Virus record (IMG/VR): IMGVR_UViG_3300033120_000337
Span: 1 to 64,000 of that record
Length of the DNA stretch: 64,000 nt
Reading direction: 5' to 3' (one strand)
Source: a virus
Lineage: Duplodnaviria > Caudoviricetes
A model generated the notes under the pieces. It searched no databases and was not told where the DNA came from. It worked only from the letters and a program-made list of their open reading frames with translations. Numbering within the stretch: the stretch's first letter is position 1; the number at the start of each line of letters is the position of its first letter. This document shows positions 9,659-19,597 of the stretch, one piece after another. Made by a program: the position numbers and the translations under genes.

Positions 9659-10014
9659 ACATCTCAGACCTTGAGAAAAGGATTCGGTACATCCGGGAGT
9701 CCTACAGACTTTCCGGAGCGCCAATGTTCTTGGGCATCCCCCGCTCATGGATAGACGGGGGTCTATTCCGATGTTCCCAAGGGCATGTCTCAAACAGAAC
9801 GAACAGAGTAATTGAGGCTGGTGACTACTGCGTCACTTGCCACGGTAAGGTGATGAGAACATTTCCTGAGGATGTATCAGGACCTCTCATTGTCTGGAAA
9901 GAACACCCACCAGAAGCTGGTGGGCGATCTCACGAGTACCTACTACCTCAACAAGGTGGATCCTGTGTTGTGTGTGGCAATGGCCCTGAACATGGCTCCC
10001 ACTTTGATTTGTGA
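9655..10014 (+). CDS. hypothetical protein with zinc-finger-like Cys motifs
   Basis: CxxGH, CxxC and CxxC..H motifs. Confidence 0.5.
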   Translation: MNISDLEKRIRYIRESYRLSGAPMFLGIPRSWIDGGLFRCSQGHVSNRTNRVIEAGDYCVTCHGKVMRTFPEDVSGPLIVWKEHPPEAGGRSHEYLLPQQGGSCVVCGNGPEHGSHFDL

Positions 10015-10301
10015 CTCTGGTGAACATGGACCTACCCAAGATTTACCTCCGCCAAAACCCACTGGACATAAATCAAATACAGATTTGTTGGGACGAGGGT
10101 GACTGGGTTGAAGAGTCTTCTGTCAACAGGCTCTACCCACACCTAGCTCCTGTTCTCGAAACATACCTGCACCAGCAAGCCACAACTCAACTCTTGGTTG
10201 CAGTGGAGACGAGCATTCGTGATGTCTTGGCCAAACTCACCGAACAACAGATCCTTTTCTGTAACACATCCCACCAGTGGGATGTCGTAACAATCCACTG
10301 A
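10011..10301 (+). CDS. hypothetical protein
   Basis: GTGA overlap with upstream gene. Confidence 0.5.
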   Translation: MTLVNMDLPKIYLRQNPLDINQIQICWDEGDWVEESSVNRLYPHLAPVLETYLHQQATTQLLVAVETSIRDVLAKLTEQQILFCNTSHQWDVVTIH

Positions 10302-10317
10302 CCCACAGGAGAATAGC

Positions 10318-10662
10318 ATGGAAGATCTCAAGACGGAAGACCTCAAGACAGCCTCAACCATCACTGAGAGGATTTATGGTTGGGGCTTTGGTGAAGCTTT
10401 GAAGGCTCTGAAGGCCGGAAAGAGAGTGGCAAGAGAAGGCTGGCATGGCAAGAACATGTGGCTCGTGCTGATCCATCCTGGAAACGCCACACACACGTGC
10501 AAGGAAACACGAATCTCATTTGACATGCAGCCATGTATTGGACTCGCGAAGTGGCCTAACATCCAACCAGGATGGACGTGCTCACAGGCTGACATGCTTG
10601 CAGAAGATTGGTACCTGGTGACCAAGAGCCTGGTGACCAAGAGTGAAAGCGAGGCTGGTTGA
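10318..10662 (+). CDS. DUF2829 / Tad2-like anti-defence sponge protein
   Basis: FGEALKALKAGKRVAREGWHGKNMWL...QPGWTCSQADMLAEDW. Confidence 0.8.
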   Translation: MEDLKTEDLKTASTITERIYGWGFGEALKALKAGKRVAREGWHGKNMWLVLIHPGNATHTCKETRISFDMQPCIGLAKWPNIQPGWTCSQADMLAEDWYLVTKSLVTKSESEAG

Positions 10663-10663
10663 T

Positions 10664-11017
10664 ATGAGCAATGGAAACTACTACACACGTAGAAAAGCTG
10701 AGGAAGACCTTGCATATGCCATCCGAGGCCAGACCTCTGGTGAGTTCAAGGCTTGGTTGGATGAAAGACCAAAGTCGGTCAGGGACCTCTGCAAGAAGTA
10801 CCCTGGATATCAGTTCTACAGAATCAAGAAAGATGCTCCCTACAGTGTCACAGTTCCAGGATGTGTGGTGTCAATCCAGTCCTACACGGAAGACAACACT
10901 GTTCGTATTCGAGTCTTGAAAGGACTAGATGGAAAGATGGGTCCCGCAGATGCTTTTGTGGATCCACAATGGCTAGAACCCATCACACTCGATGTGGCTT
11001 TCCCAGAACCCAACTGA
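10664..11017 (+). CDS. hypothetical protein
   Basis: ATG immediately after the upstream stop. Confidence 0.55.
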   Translation: MSNGNYYTRRKAEEDLAYAIRGQTSGEFKAWLDERPKSVRDLCKKYPGYQFYRIKKDAPYSVTVPGCVVSIQSYTEDNTVRIRVLKGLDGKMGPADAFVDPQWLEPITLDVAFPEPN

Positions 11018-11020
11018 GCA

Positions 11021-11284
11021 GTGATGACACTCGAAGAACTTGAAGCTGCAATGCTCAAGCATCGCATGGTGATTGAGGTAGACGGCTACATGGATAAGCC
11101 TGACATGTATTTTCGGGCGAAGTCATGTGGTGATGGGGTGTACAAAAACACCTGGTCTGAAACGGGACGCTTCGCAGAAGATCCAACACTGATTGGTGCT
11201 GTTAGTAACTTGCTCGTGCAAGAACAGAGTGCAGAGGAAGACTTGCTCACGAAGGGTTTGAAGGAAGAGGTGGAGGTTCAATGA
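11021..11284 (+). CDS. hypothetical protein
   Basis: In-operon ORF. Confidence 0.5.
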   Translation: MMTLEELEAAMLKHRMVIEVDGYMDKPDMYFRAKSCGDGVYKNTWSETGRFAEDPTLIGAVSNLLVQEQSAEEDLLTKGLKEEVEVQ

Positions 11285-11331
11285 AAGTTCAGCCACATTT
11301 TCTCTATACAGAGAGATGTTAAGGAGAACCA

Positions 11332-11964
11332 ATGGCAAACCTTCGATCGTCACTCATCCGTCTAGCTCATACCAACCCTGAAATCCGACCAGAGATCCTG
11401 TCTCTCTTGAAGGAAGCTTCGGATGATTCTGCTGGCGCTGCCAAGAAGTTCGTCCAAGGTCTTCAAAAGAGCCTGGCTAAGAGCATGAAAACCCCAGAGT
11501 CCAAGCTCAAGGTTGTGGATAAGAAGGGTGTCTCGGTTCTCTCAGGGTCATTCGAGGGGAAGAAGTTCTCAGTCCTTGTAGACCCAGAAGGTAGCTCACT
11601 CAACTTTGCAGGCACCGTTGACGGTATGCTTGTGCTGAGCGGACATGCTCCCTTCGATTCCTTTGAGAAGAACATTGCGGAAGTCGTCAGCGAGGTAATC
11701 AAGTCGATTGGGAAGGATAGGTCTTCCGAAATCGGGAAGGCCGGTGCAAAAGCTCCCGCAAAGTTGACGGGGAAGAAGCTGGATGCTGCTATCTCCAAGG
11801 CCTACTACAAGCACTTCAATGGTGTTCAGATCAACATCATGGACACTGTCAAGATTTCCAGGTTGGGTCGTGCGGCGTACGAGGGTGGGGCTACTCCAGA
11901 AGAGGCAGAGAAAGCCCTTGACGAAGCTATGAAGGATGCGGTTCCGAAGTTCCGCCAAAACTGA
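11332..11964 (+). CDS. putative virion-internal protein with LRSxLIRLAHTxP leader
   Basis: AAGGAG RBS; N-terminus MANLRSSLIRLAHTNPEIRPEILSLLKEA shared with 22323 and 30256. Confidence 0.7.
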   Translation: MANLRSSLIRLAHTNPEIRPEILSLLKEASDDSAGAAKKFVQGLQKSLAKSMKTPESKLKVVDKKGVSVLSGSFEGKKFSVLVDPEGSSLNFAGTVDGMLVLSGHAPFDSFEKNIAEVVSEVIKSIGKDRSSEIGKAGAKAPAKLTGKKLDAAISKAYYKHFNGVQINIMDTVKISRLGRAAYEGGATPEEAEKALDEAMKDAVPKFRQN

Positions 11965-11985
11965 TACTGGTGGGTAGAGTCTGGG

Positions 11986-12474
11986 GTGAGAGTATGCCCA
12001 GACTGTGGTGTCAGCTACCCCGAGCCTAAAATCTTGGAGAAGAATTCGCCTTTTGTATGCACTCTGTGCCTGCGAAAGGCGATTCCGCGTCCCTCTAATG
12101 GTTGGCCCATTGAGGCACGTTGGCTGAGCAACGCCAAGGGTCGGGGAGTATTCGCCTCGCGGGAAATCACTAAGGGAGAGACAATCGAACGATGCTGGGT
12201 CATGCCATTGTCGATCGAAGAGTCCAAAGCCACACTCACACTCCCAACAATCAACAGGTACCTTTTCCCTTGGATCGATGGCACTCGTGCCATCATCTCT
12301 GGTGAGGGTCTGCTCTACAATCTGGACTCAATGGAAGCCACTCGGAAACAACCTAATGTCGAGTGTGTTCTCAGAATTGGTTTGGCAGCAGTTGAGTTCC
12401 GTGCTTTGAGAATTATCCGAGAGGGTGAGGAACTGACCTGGGACTACAAGAATGCAAGGGCACGTCGTTCTTGA
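11986..12474 (+). CDS. SET-domain protein with N-terminal zinc ribbon
   Basis: KGRGVFASREITKGETI, YN.....PNV, FRALRIIREGEELTWDY; CxxC...CxxC at the N-terminus. Confidence 0.8.
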   Translation: MRVCPDCGVSYPEPKILEKNSPFVCTLCLRKAIPRPSNGWPIEARWLSNAKGRGVFASREITKGETIERCWVMPLSIEESKATLTLPTINRYLFPWIDGTRAIISGEGLLYNLDSMEATRKQPNVECVLRIGLAAVEFRALRIIREGEELTWDYKNARARRS

Positions 12475-12489
12475 GTCTATTGAGGGGGA

Positions 12490-12963
12490 ATGGTGATGTC
12501 TCCTACTTCCCAATCTAGCCGAGCTTTGCTCACACAGTTGTTGTCTCTACTCCGGGCTGTGCACTGGTCTCACTGGACAACTCACTGGCAGGTTCGAGGC
12601 CAAACAGCGTATGGGGACCACCTCCTGTTTGAGCGTCTCTACACAGGCATCACAGTAGAGATTGACTCTCTTGCGGAGAAGCTTGTCTCTTACTTTGGTG
12701 CTGATGCTGTTGCCAATCCACCTAGCATTGCCTTTGTGCAGGAATTCCTTGACACCTACGAGAGTGTCTCGGACCCCTACAAAAAGGCTCTCATGATTGA
12801 GCACCATCTCCAGAACGCTCTCCGAAAAGTCTACCAGACCATCAAGGATTCGGATGAGATGAGTCTGGGCCTTGACGATTTCCTGATGGCAACGGCCAAT
12901 GCCCATGAGACCAACATCTACTTGCTCCAGCAAAACCTGAGAAGTGTGTCGAAGACTCTCTAG
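12490..12963 (+). CDS. Dps/ferritin-like protein
   Basis: HWTTHWQVRG..AYGDHLLFERLY....EIDSLAEK ferroxidase-type pattern. Confidence 0.8.
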   Translation: MVMSPTSQSSRALLTQLLSLLRAVHWSHWTTHWQVRGQTAYGDHLLFERLYTGITVEIDSLAEKLVSYFGADAVANPPSIAFVQEFLDTYESVSDPYKKALMIEHHLQNALRKVYQTIKDSDEMSLGLDDFLMATANAHETNIYLLQQNLRSVSKTL

Positions 12964-12966
12964 GCT

Positions 12967-13587
12967 TCAGCCCACTCCAGACAACTTCGCCACAGTGGCA
13001 GCTACAATTTCAGGTAGGACTTCCCCATAGGCTTCAGGAAGTTGGAAGCTTCCCATCTGAGTCTTCTTCTGCTCGTCCAGGTGAGTTGAGAACTTCCCCA
13101 TGACTTCGTGGAGGAAGTTCCAGACATCTGGCTGACCTTCGGTCATGGGGTTCTTCTTCTGATCAGAAGCCAACCTACGTGCTCTCAACACAAGAGCATG
13201 CATCTCGGGTGGCTTCAAAGAAGCCCACAGAATCGCCTTTGTACCTAGGGGGGACAAGAGATTCGTGGTTGTGTCCAGATGGTTCTTCAGAAGACGCTTG
13301 AAAACGTCTGTGCGAGGCACAGTCTTTCCCTGGTAGATCTCTGGAAACATAGGAGTCCAGAGACCTTCATCGTACGATGAGACCAGGAAATTCATTCCAT
13401 GCAGGAGCCAGAACTCGTATCCTGTCCCAGTCCCTATTTCGGGTGACGCAGCGAACTTTGAGAACGCTGTGACCCTCTTCACCTTGAACTTGACAGCTTC
13501 CTGGGCACGTACAAGTTGTCTGTCCTTTGCTTTCTCTTTCGACTTTTTTGCTCTTGTGTTCCCCTTCTTCTCTCGATTTTTGGTCAT
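12967..13587 (-). CDS. hypothetical protein
   Basis: 206 aa ORF with basic N-terminus. Confidence 0.6.
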   Translation of the reverse strand: MTKNREKKGNTRAKKSKEKAKDRQLVRAQEAVKFKVKRVTAFSKFAASPEIGTGTGYEFWLLHGMNFLVSSYDEGLWTPMFPEIYQGKTVPRTDVFKRLLKNHLDTTTNLLSPLGTKAILWASLKPPEMHALVLRARRLASDQKKNPMTEGQPDVWNFLHEVMGKFSTHLDEQKKTQMGSFQLPEAYGEVLPEIVAATVAKLSGVG

Positions 13588-13621
13588 GGTGTATCTTACC
13601 CTAGTGTAGAGTCAGCAGGTT

Positions 13622-15187
13622 GTGCTCACAATAGATCGAAGAGAAGTCTGGACTCAACTCGCAAGCGGGGTGCACGAAGTTGCACGGGTCGTGGAGAAAA
13701 CCTATGGCCCTCAGGGAGGGAAGGTTGCGGTTTGGAAGAACGATGCTGTTCTGATCACAACAGACGGTGCAGCTCTGACAAGGGAGGCTCAGCTAGGTGG
13801 GCAGAAAAGAATCGGGGCGAAGCTGGTGAGGGCAGCTGCAATCCAGACTGAAAAGGAAGTTGGAGATGGGACCTCAACAACGGTACTTCTGACGAGTGCT
13901 CTTGTTCGTGAGGTTGGGAAACTGTCGGTTGTTCCAGATTGGAACCCTGTTCAGGTTGTTCGTGAATTACAAGAGTCCTTTCTCGTTGCTGAAAAGTGGA
14001 TTCGCAGCAAGTCGATACCCACGGACAATGAGAGCCTGCACAGGATCGCATCCATGGCAAGTCATGAAGACCCTCTCATAGCGACAAAGGTTGTTGAGGC
14101 TGTCTTGTCTGTGGGTGATGAAGGCTCTGTTGTGATCTCTCCCTATGAGGGGGTTGATATCGTACTGGAGCAAAAAGAAGGACTTCTCTTGAATCAGGGT
14201 TGGTCCTCTTTTGCTATGGCTCCATCTGAAGGCACTGAGCGCGAGATGGATGGGCCCCTCGTGGCGGTGTTCCGAAAGGGAGTTCGAAAAATCTCTGAGA
14301 TATCCCCTGCAATGGAGCAAGCTAGTCAATGGCCTGGACGTGGTCTTGTGGTGTTTGCCCCGTCAGTATCTGGGGAAGCACTACGGACTCTCATCCTCAA
14401 TGACAAAAAGGGAGTCTTGTCCAGTGTTGCTGTTGAGTACGCGGGGTATCCAGCGGACCTTCAAGACTGGTTGGAGGACATTGTTGCAGTCACGAATGCA
14501 ACACTTGTAGATCGTGAAGCGGGCTTGGCCCCAGAAGACTTTGAGTCTTCCTGGCTTGGTTACGCTCGGAAGATCTCAGTGTCTCGCAGCAAAACACTTC
14601 TCATCTCCTACATGGACGAGGACATCCTAACCAACATTGATAGGAGAGTTCACATCCTCAAAGACCGTGCTGAGAAGTGTCCGTACCCCTATGACCAAGA
14701 CCGACTCTTAGAACGGGCAGCATCCTTGGATGGAGGCCTGGCTACTTTGAGGGTGGGCGGAAACACAAAACAAGAGGGTCAGGACAGAAGGTCTCGAACT
14801 GAGGATGCACTTCGTGCAGTTCAGACTGCACTTCGAGGTGGGGTTGTTCCAGGAGCTGGACGTACGTATTTTGGAGCCTCGCAAGAACTCCCCCCCACGG
14901 TAGGTGGAGGTATTTTGAAGTCTGCTCTCCAGTCTATTCTTGGAGTTCTAGTCACCAGATCTGGACTTGAGTCCTCTGTGGTTCTTGCACAGGGGTCTGA
15001 ATACCATCGGATGGATCTCGAAGGTTGGTGGGGTTATGACCCTGTATCTAGGTCTTGGAGAGACTTTAGAGAAGGTTCTCGGATTGTGGACCCTACTGAA
15101 GTAGCTGTAAGTGCCCTTCGAAATGCAGTGTCAGTAGCTTGTCAGATTGCTTTGTGTGGTGGTGTTGTTGAGTCTAAAAAACGGTAG
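13622..15187 (+). CDS. groEL: GroEL-like (Cpn60) chaperonin
   Basis: TYGPQG, ITTDGA, EVGDGTSTTVLL, RVGG.T..E, GGVVPGAG, IVDPTEV; divergent, no GGM tail. Confidence 0.85.
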   Translation: MLTIDRREVWTQLASGVHEVARVVEKTYGPQGGKVAVWKNDAVLITTDGAALTREAQLGGQKRIGAKLVRAAAIQTEKEVGDGTSTTVLLTSALVREVGKLSVVPDWNPVQVVRELQESFLVAEKWIRSKSIPTDNESLHRIASMASHEDPLIATKVVEAVLSVGDEGSVVISPYEGVDIVLEQKEGLLLNQGWSSFAMAPSEGTEREMDGPLVAVFRKGVRKISEISPAMEQASQWPGRGLVVFAPSVSGEALRTLILNDKKGVLSSVAVEYAGYPADLQDWLEDIVAVTNATLVDREAGLAPEDFESSWLGYARKISVSRSKTLLISYMDEDILTNIDRRVHILKDRAEKCPYPYDQDRLLERAASLDGGLATLRVGGNTKQEGQDRRSRTEDALRAVQTALRGGVVPGAGRTYFGASQELPPTVGGGILKSALQSILGVLVTRSGLESSVVLAQGSEYHRMDLEGWWGYDPVSRSWRDFREGSRIVDPTEVAVSALRNAVSVACQIALCGGVVESKKR

Positions 15188-15212
15188 GTTTGCTATCGTC
15201 CACCAGGTTTGA

Positions 15213-18200
15213 ATGCCAGGTAAACCTGCTAGACCCATCTTCTCTGCCATTGGTGCAACCCAAGCTAGTGCACGAGAACAGATTCTTGCCCTAGGTCCAA
15301 ATGTCTACCCAGGACTTTCCCCTAGCATTGGGGATGTTCTTGTATGGAATGGGACTGCTTGGGTTCCTACTTCAGGGATAGCACCTAGTCAGGGTTTGAG
15401 TGGTGGCATCATCTTCCGCCCTGGTGGTACTCCTTCAAATGGAGTTGTGACAACAGAGACTGCTCTTCAAAATGCAGTCTCTGCTTTCGCGGGCCCCACA
15501 ACTGTGTTGTTTGATGATTCGGTTTCAAGCCCCATTCATCTCACCCAACCATGGTCTGTGTCATATGGGATGCGCTGGGTCGGGAAACACGTTGGCTCCA
15601 CTACCAACCTGATTCTCGATGATGGTTTCGTGCTGACAGGTCCTGGAGGCCTACTTGGAATCTCCTACATAGGAGACGGTCTTAGTGTAAGGGCTCAGGG
15701 GGTTTCAGGTCCAGCACCTCTTTCCTTGAACTCAGCTGTAGATGTGCTGGAAGTAGATTGGCAGTCACGCATCTTCTCAGCGGGGGTATCTCCACTCATC
15801 CAGATTGAGAGTGGGAACAGACTGGTCCTCCTCCTACGTGGAAGAGTGGGAGATGGTACAAATCCAGTTGTCTCGTTCGAATCTGCTTCTCAGATGACTT
15901 GTTTTGTAGATCAGTTCGGACAAGTCGAGTCCTCATCTCTGTTGGGAGGATTCGTAAATGCTTCTGTGGATTTTGGGATCATCACCACTGTTTTGGGTGG
16001 GGTGTCAACTTCAAATCCTGATTTTTCAGGAACCACAACAACCACGCTCTTAGCTGATTCGACATATCAAGCGTACAACGATCTCCTCGTAAACCCTCCC
16101 CTGAGCGCCTCAAATGTTCAGACTGCTATTGATGCAATCAAAGGGTTCCTAATCACAGGTGGTGGCAGCAATGCTATTTGGAGAGGTGCTGGCGCGCCCA
16201 TTGCTCCTGGAGTTTACAACACGTGGGCAAGCCTGTATGCCTGGATTCAAGCTGCTCCAGGATCCAAGAGAGTCTACTTGGACTCAACCTTTGGTCCTTT
16301 GGAAGTTGACTCCGGACTGTGGGTATTCACAGGACCTGTTGAATTTGTGGGTTCTCCTACAGGTCTAAGGACAGAGATTGTTCTCAACGAGTCCAGCTTT
16401 CGGAACGCTTTTAGGTGGAGCCGAATCAAGTTCATCCAGTTGAACACTGTTGGAGTTCCTTTCGGAACTTCTAGCGACACGATTGAGTTTGATGACTGTG
16501 AAGTCGATTTGAGTGGCGGAGGCCAACCTTTCATTCGAACTCTCACAGCTACGATGGATGTGACCTTCAACCACATGGCGGTCTACCCAACAACCCAACT
16601 GATGTTCGACATGCAGCCCTCGGCTCCTGCATGTACGATTCGCCTGCTCAATGGCTCTTCAGTAGATCTGAATAGCTTCTCTTCAGCTATTGGGACGACA
16701 CTCACGGTTGTCCAGGATACGACAAGCACCTATCTGACCCAGTTCTTTGTGTTTGGGACTCTCATCCGACAACTAGCAAATCCCCCTTACATCGCTGGAG
16801 ATCCATCTGATTGGACTGGGTCAGCACCAGATTCAGTGTTCGAGGCTCTTGACAGACTAGCTGTAGAGGGTGGTGGTTCGGCTAGTGCTTTCTACAATGA
16901 CGGAGACGTTGAACCAAGCTTTGAGATCTTGTCCAGGTCTTCAGTCCCTGTAGATACAAACCAGCTCGCTCTGGATGCTGTCAAAACGATCTTGCTTCCT
17001 CAGGGTCCTTCTGAGATCTACGTGAGTGCTATCAATGGTTCAGACTCGAATGATGGACTCACCCCGAGCACGCCTCTCGCTACTTTGATTGAAGCCGAAG
17101 GGCGTCTCCCTGACACGATTACACGAACAACAACCATCCATGTTGGGCGTGCGGACCTTGTAAACTCGGCGACCTACACCCCACCCACATTCAGACCTAG
17201 AAGGCTTCTGGCATCTCTAGTTATCTCTGGTGATGGAGCTTCACAACCAGGATCTGCTGGAGACAGGTTCGTAACTATCATCCCATCGTCTGTTGCGGGA
17301 GTGGGGACAAATGAATTCCAGGTTGTCACATCTGGACTCACACCCAACTCCTTGAAGGGTCGTACGATTCGCATACTAACTGGGGCTGGGCAGCATACGC
17401 ACCGTACCATCTCTTCAAACACGGCAACGACGATCGTTCCTTTGAGGAAGTTTGAAGGAACTCCTGTTCCAGGAGATTCCTTTGAGGTTGTTGGCTCTGC
17501 AATTAGGCTTGGTATCCCTGATGTGGCCAACTCAGGAGAATTCACTCTTGTGAGTGGAAATGGATCCCCTGAAACAACACCATCTACCAGAGGAGAAACA
17601 CCTCGTTTCGTCATGGTGAACTTCCGACCTGTTCCTCTTAGCCCTGTTGGTGCTGTCGGGTTCTCTGTGCGAAACAGCAATGTAGTTCTACTTGGTTGGG
17701 ATCAGGAGAGTACAACAACCATCCAGATCCGAAATGAGGGGTCCTCTATTCTCTTTGGGCTGAATGGTGTGGATGCCACAAGACCTATTGGTTACTACAT
17801 CCCAACTCCCACCTTTTGGTCAGGTGGATACACAGCTCTTCTTGGTTGGGGAGCTGCTTTTTGTGGTGCTGATGCTTCCTCGGCTCTTCAGACTTTCAAT
17901 GGTGGTGTTGTAGATGGATACTTGATTTCAGATCGAGGTATCAGTTTCCGTGAAAACGTCACGTACAACATTCGAGGTGGTCGGTTCATAACTCAGAATG
18001 CCGCTGTTCCTTGTACGATCTCTAATCTGGCTCGTGGTTTCATAATCTCAGAGGCCTCGTTGCCAACCTCATTTGAGAGTGCAACTACAGCTCTCTGTGG
18101 ACTACGTGTCCTTGACAATGCCAAAGCTGGAGTTGCTTTTGTGAGCTTCAACATTCCCACAAGTGGCGCTTCTGCTATTCGAGCAGAAATGAATGGAGTG

Positions 18201-18416
18201 GTTGAATGGGCTGGTGGTTTCACCAACATTGCTGTTGGTGGTTATGGAATGCTTGCTGCTTGGGGTGGAAGCATTTATGGATCGTCTGTGTTCAGCGGTA
18301 TTTCGGGGTCTCTAGGTGAGGGGTCTGTTGACAATCATTCTGGAATACCACTCTCAACAGGACTTTTGTTGAGTGGTGACATGGCAATAGGTTCAGGCAG
18401 GATCATGAGGTACTAA
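15213..18416 (+). CDS. large tail fibre/tailspike-like protein
   Basis: 1067 aa, G/S/T-rich; GDVLVWNGTAWVP, SASNVQTAID, DWTGSAPDSVFEALDRLA, YVSAINGSDSNDG..PLATL motifs. Confidence 0.65.
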   Translation: MPGKPARPIFSAIGATQASAREQILALGPNVYPGLSPSIGDVLVWNGTAWVPTSGIAPSQGLSGGIIFRPGGTPSNGVVTTETALQNAVSAFAGPTTVLFDDSVSSPIHLTQPWSVSYGMRWVGKHVGSTTNLILDDGFVLTGPGGLLGISYIGDGLSVRAQGVSGPAPLSLNSAVDVLEVDWQSRIFSAGVSPLIQIESGNRLVLLLRGRVGDGTNPVVSFESASQMTCFVDQFGQVESSSLLGGFVNASVDFGIITTVLGGVSTSNPDFSGTTTTTLLADSTYQAYNDLLVNPPLSASNVQTAIDAIKGFLITGGGSNAIWRGAGAPIAPGVYNTWASLYAWIQAAPGSKRVYLDSTFGPLEVDSGLWVFTGPVEFVGSPTGLRTEIVLNESSFRNAFRWSRIKFIQLNTVGVPFGTSSDTIEFDDCEVDLSGGGQPFIRTLTATMDVTFNHMAVYPTTQLMFDMQPSAPACTIRLLNGSSVDLNSFSSAIGTTLTVVQDTTSTYLTQFFVFGTLIRQLANPPYIAGDPSDWTGSAPDSVFEALDRLAVEGGGSASAFYNDGDVEPSFEILSRSSVPVDTNQLALDAVKTILLPQGPSEIYVSAINGSDSNDGLTPSTPLATLIEAEGRLPDTITRTTTIHVGRADLVNSATYTPPTFRPRRLLASLVISGDGASQPGSAGDRFVTIIPSSVAGVGTNEFQVVTSGLTPNSLKGRTIRILTGAGQHTHRTISSNTATTIVPLRKFEGTPVPGDSFEVVGSAIRLGIPDVANSGEFTLVSGNGSPETTPSTRGETPRFVMVNFRPVPLSPVGAVGFSVRNSNVVLLGWDQESTTTIQIRNEGSSILFGLNGVDATRPIGYYIPTPTFWSGGYTALLGWGAAFCGADASSALQTFNGGVVDGYLISDRGISFRENVTYNIRGGRFITQNAAVPCTISNLARGFIISEASLPTSFESATTALCGLRVLDNAKAGVAFVSFNIPTSGASAIRAEMNGVVEWAGGFTNIAVGGYGMLAAWGGSIYGSSVFSGISGSLGEGSVDNHSGIPLSTGLLLSGDMAIGSGRIMRY

Positions 18417-18417
18417 C

Positions 18418-18837
18418 ATGGGTCAACGTGAACTCTTTGTTCGTCGTTTCGACATGTGCCATTTCAGCATTGAAGGTCTGCTTTCAGCACATGCTGTTGA
18501 TACCTCAGCCCCAGCTGCGGATGGTGGACCGGGTCAATTTGGGAGCCTGGTTTACATCCCTGTGAACCTATGTGTCGGAGACTTTCGTCTTGTACGGGCA
18601 GCTCCAGGCACTTCTGGCACGACCACAGTAGAGATGTACAGACTCCGCACTGGAGTGTGGAGTCTACTAGCAACTTTGAGTGTGTCTGGTACCTCCGCAA
18701 TGGCCACCTCCAATATTTCTATGGGGGGTCAAGACCCTCTTTCAACTCTCGTTGGAGGGGACATTCTCATGGCTAGACTACGAGCTATTGAGTCTGGTTC
18801 CCCTAGAGGACTCACAGCCAGTGTTGAGTTTCGTTGA
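18418..18837 (+). CDS. putative virion/tail-associated protein
   Basis: Beta-rich 139 aa ORF in the tail-fibre block. Confidence 0.5.
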   Translation: MGQRELFVRRFDMCHFSIEGLLSAHAVDTSAPAADGGPGQFGSLVYIPVNLCVGDFRLVRAAPGTSGTTTVEMYRLRTGVWSLLATLSVSGTSAMATSNISMGGQDPLSTLVGGDILMARLRAIESGSPRGLTASVEFR

Positions 18838-18850
18838 ATAGATATCCTAG

Positions 18851-19597
18851 GTGATGAGCAACCGTAGAGTCTACCAAGCCATTGGCGCTACTCCAGAATC
18901 AGCCAGAAAAGTCATTGAGGCCATTGGCCCCTTTTCCCTGCCCATTGCAAATGGAGTCACCCTAAGATTTGGGGATGCTGTTTCAATTGTAGCTGGGAGA
19001 GCATCCCTCTCGGATGCCAGGTCTGTGTCTCCAGTTGGAGGCTACATTGGGCAGTGTATTTCTGGGGGCACTGGGGATGTAGCAGGATCCGTTTACGCCA
19101 AGATCGCTGTTGAGGGAATTGCACCAGCTGCTGGTTTGACACCAGGGCAATCTGTGTACCTTTCTACTTCAAACATTGGGGCAGTGAGCACTGTTGACCC
19201 GAATATGATCAACGAAGGGATTGGTCTTGGAGCAATCTACCAACGTGTTGGTGTAGCTATCTCTGCTTCTGAATTTTTGATTCAGGTTGGGAAGCCCGAG
19301 TCCGTGGATTGGTGCAGCCCTCTGGACATCCCAACGAATGGTATTTTCTATGGTAAAGCAGACTCCTCGAATGTGCTGCAAAGCTCTCGGTTGTTCACGG
19401 TTGCAGATCTGTTTGGTACAGGTCGCACTCTAATCCGAGATGGAATTCTTTCTACAGCCCCTCTTTATGAGGCAGGCAAAGGCCCTGGAGGAGCCTCAGC
19501 TTGTTGGTATTTCCAAAGAAGTCAAAGTCAACGCATGCAAATACTGCATGACGCAGGAATGACTGGTTTGGTGTGGAGTGGTGTGGTGTGGCCATAA
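18851..19597 (+). CDS. tail fibre-like protein, N-terminal part
   Basis: N-terminus homologous to 15213 gene; LTPGQSVYLS..GAVS...QRVGVAIS motif; appears frameshifted from 19573-20004. Confidence 0.6.
   Translation: MMSNRRVYQAIGATPESARKVIEAIGPFSLPIANGVTLRFGDAVSIVAGRASLSDARSVSPVGGYIGQCISGGTGDVAGSVYAKIAVEGIAPAAGLTPGQSVYLSTSNIGAVSTVDPNMINEGIGLGAIYQRVGVAISASEFLIQVGKPESVDWCSPLDIPTNGIFYGKADSSNVLQSSRLFTVADLFGTGRTLIRDGILSTAPLYEAGKGPGGASACWYFQRSQSQRMQILHDAGMTGLVWSGVVWP
19570..19591 (+). repeat. pentamer tandem repeat GGTGT-GGAGT-GGTGT-GGTGT
   Basis: Direct reading; sits at the frame break between two ORFs. Confidence 0.85.
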
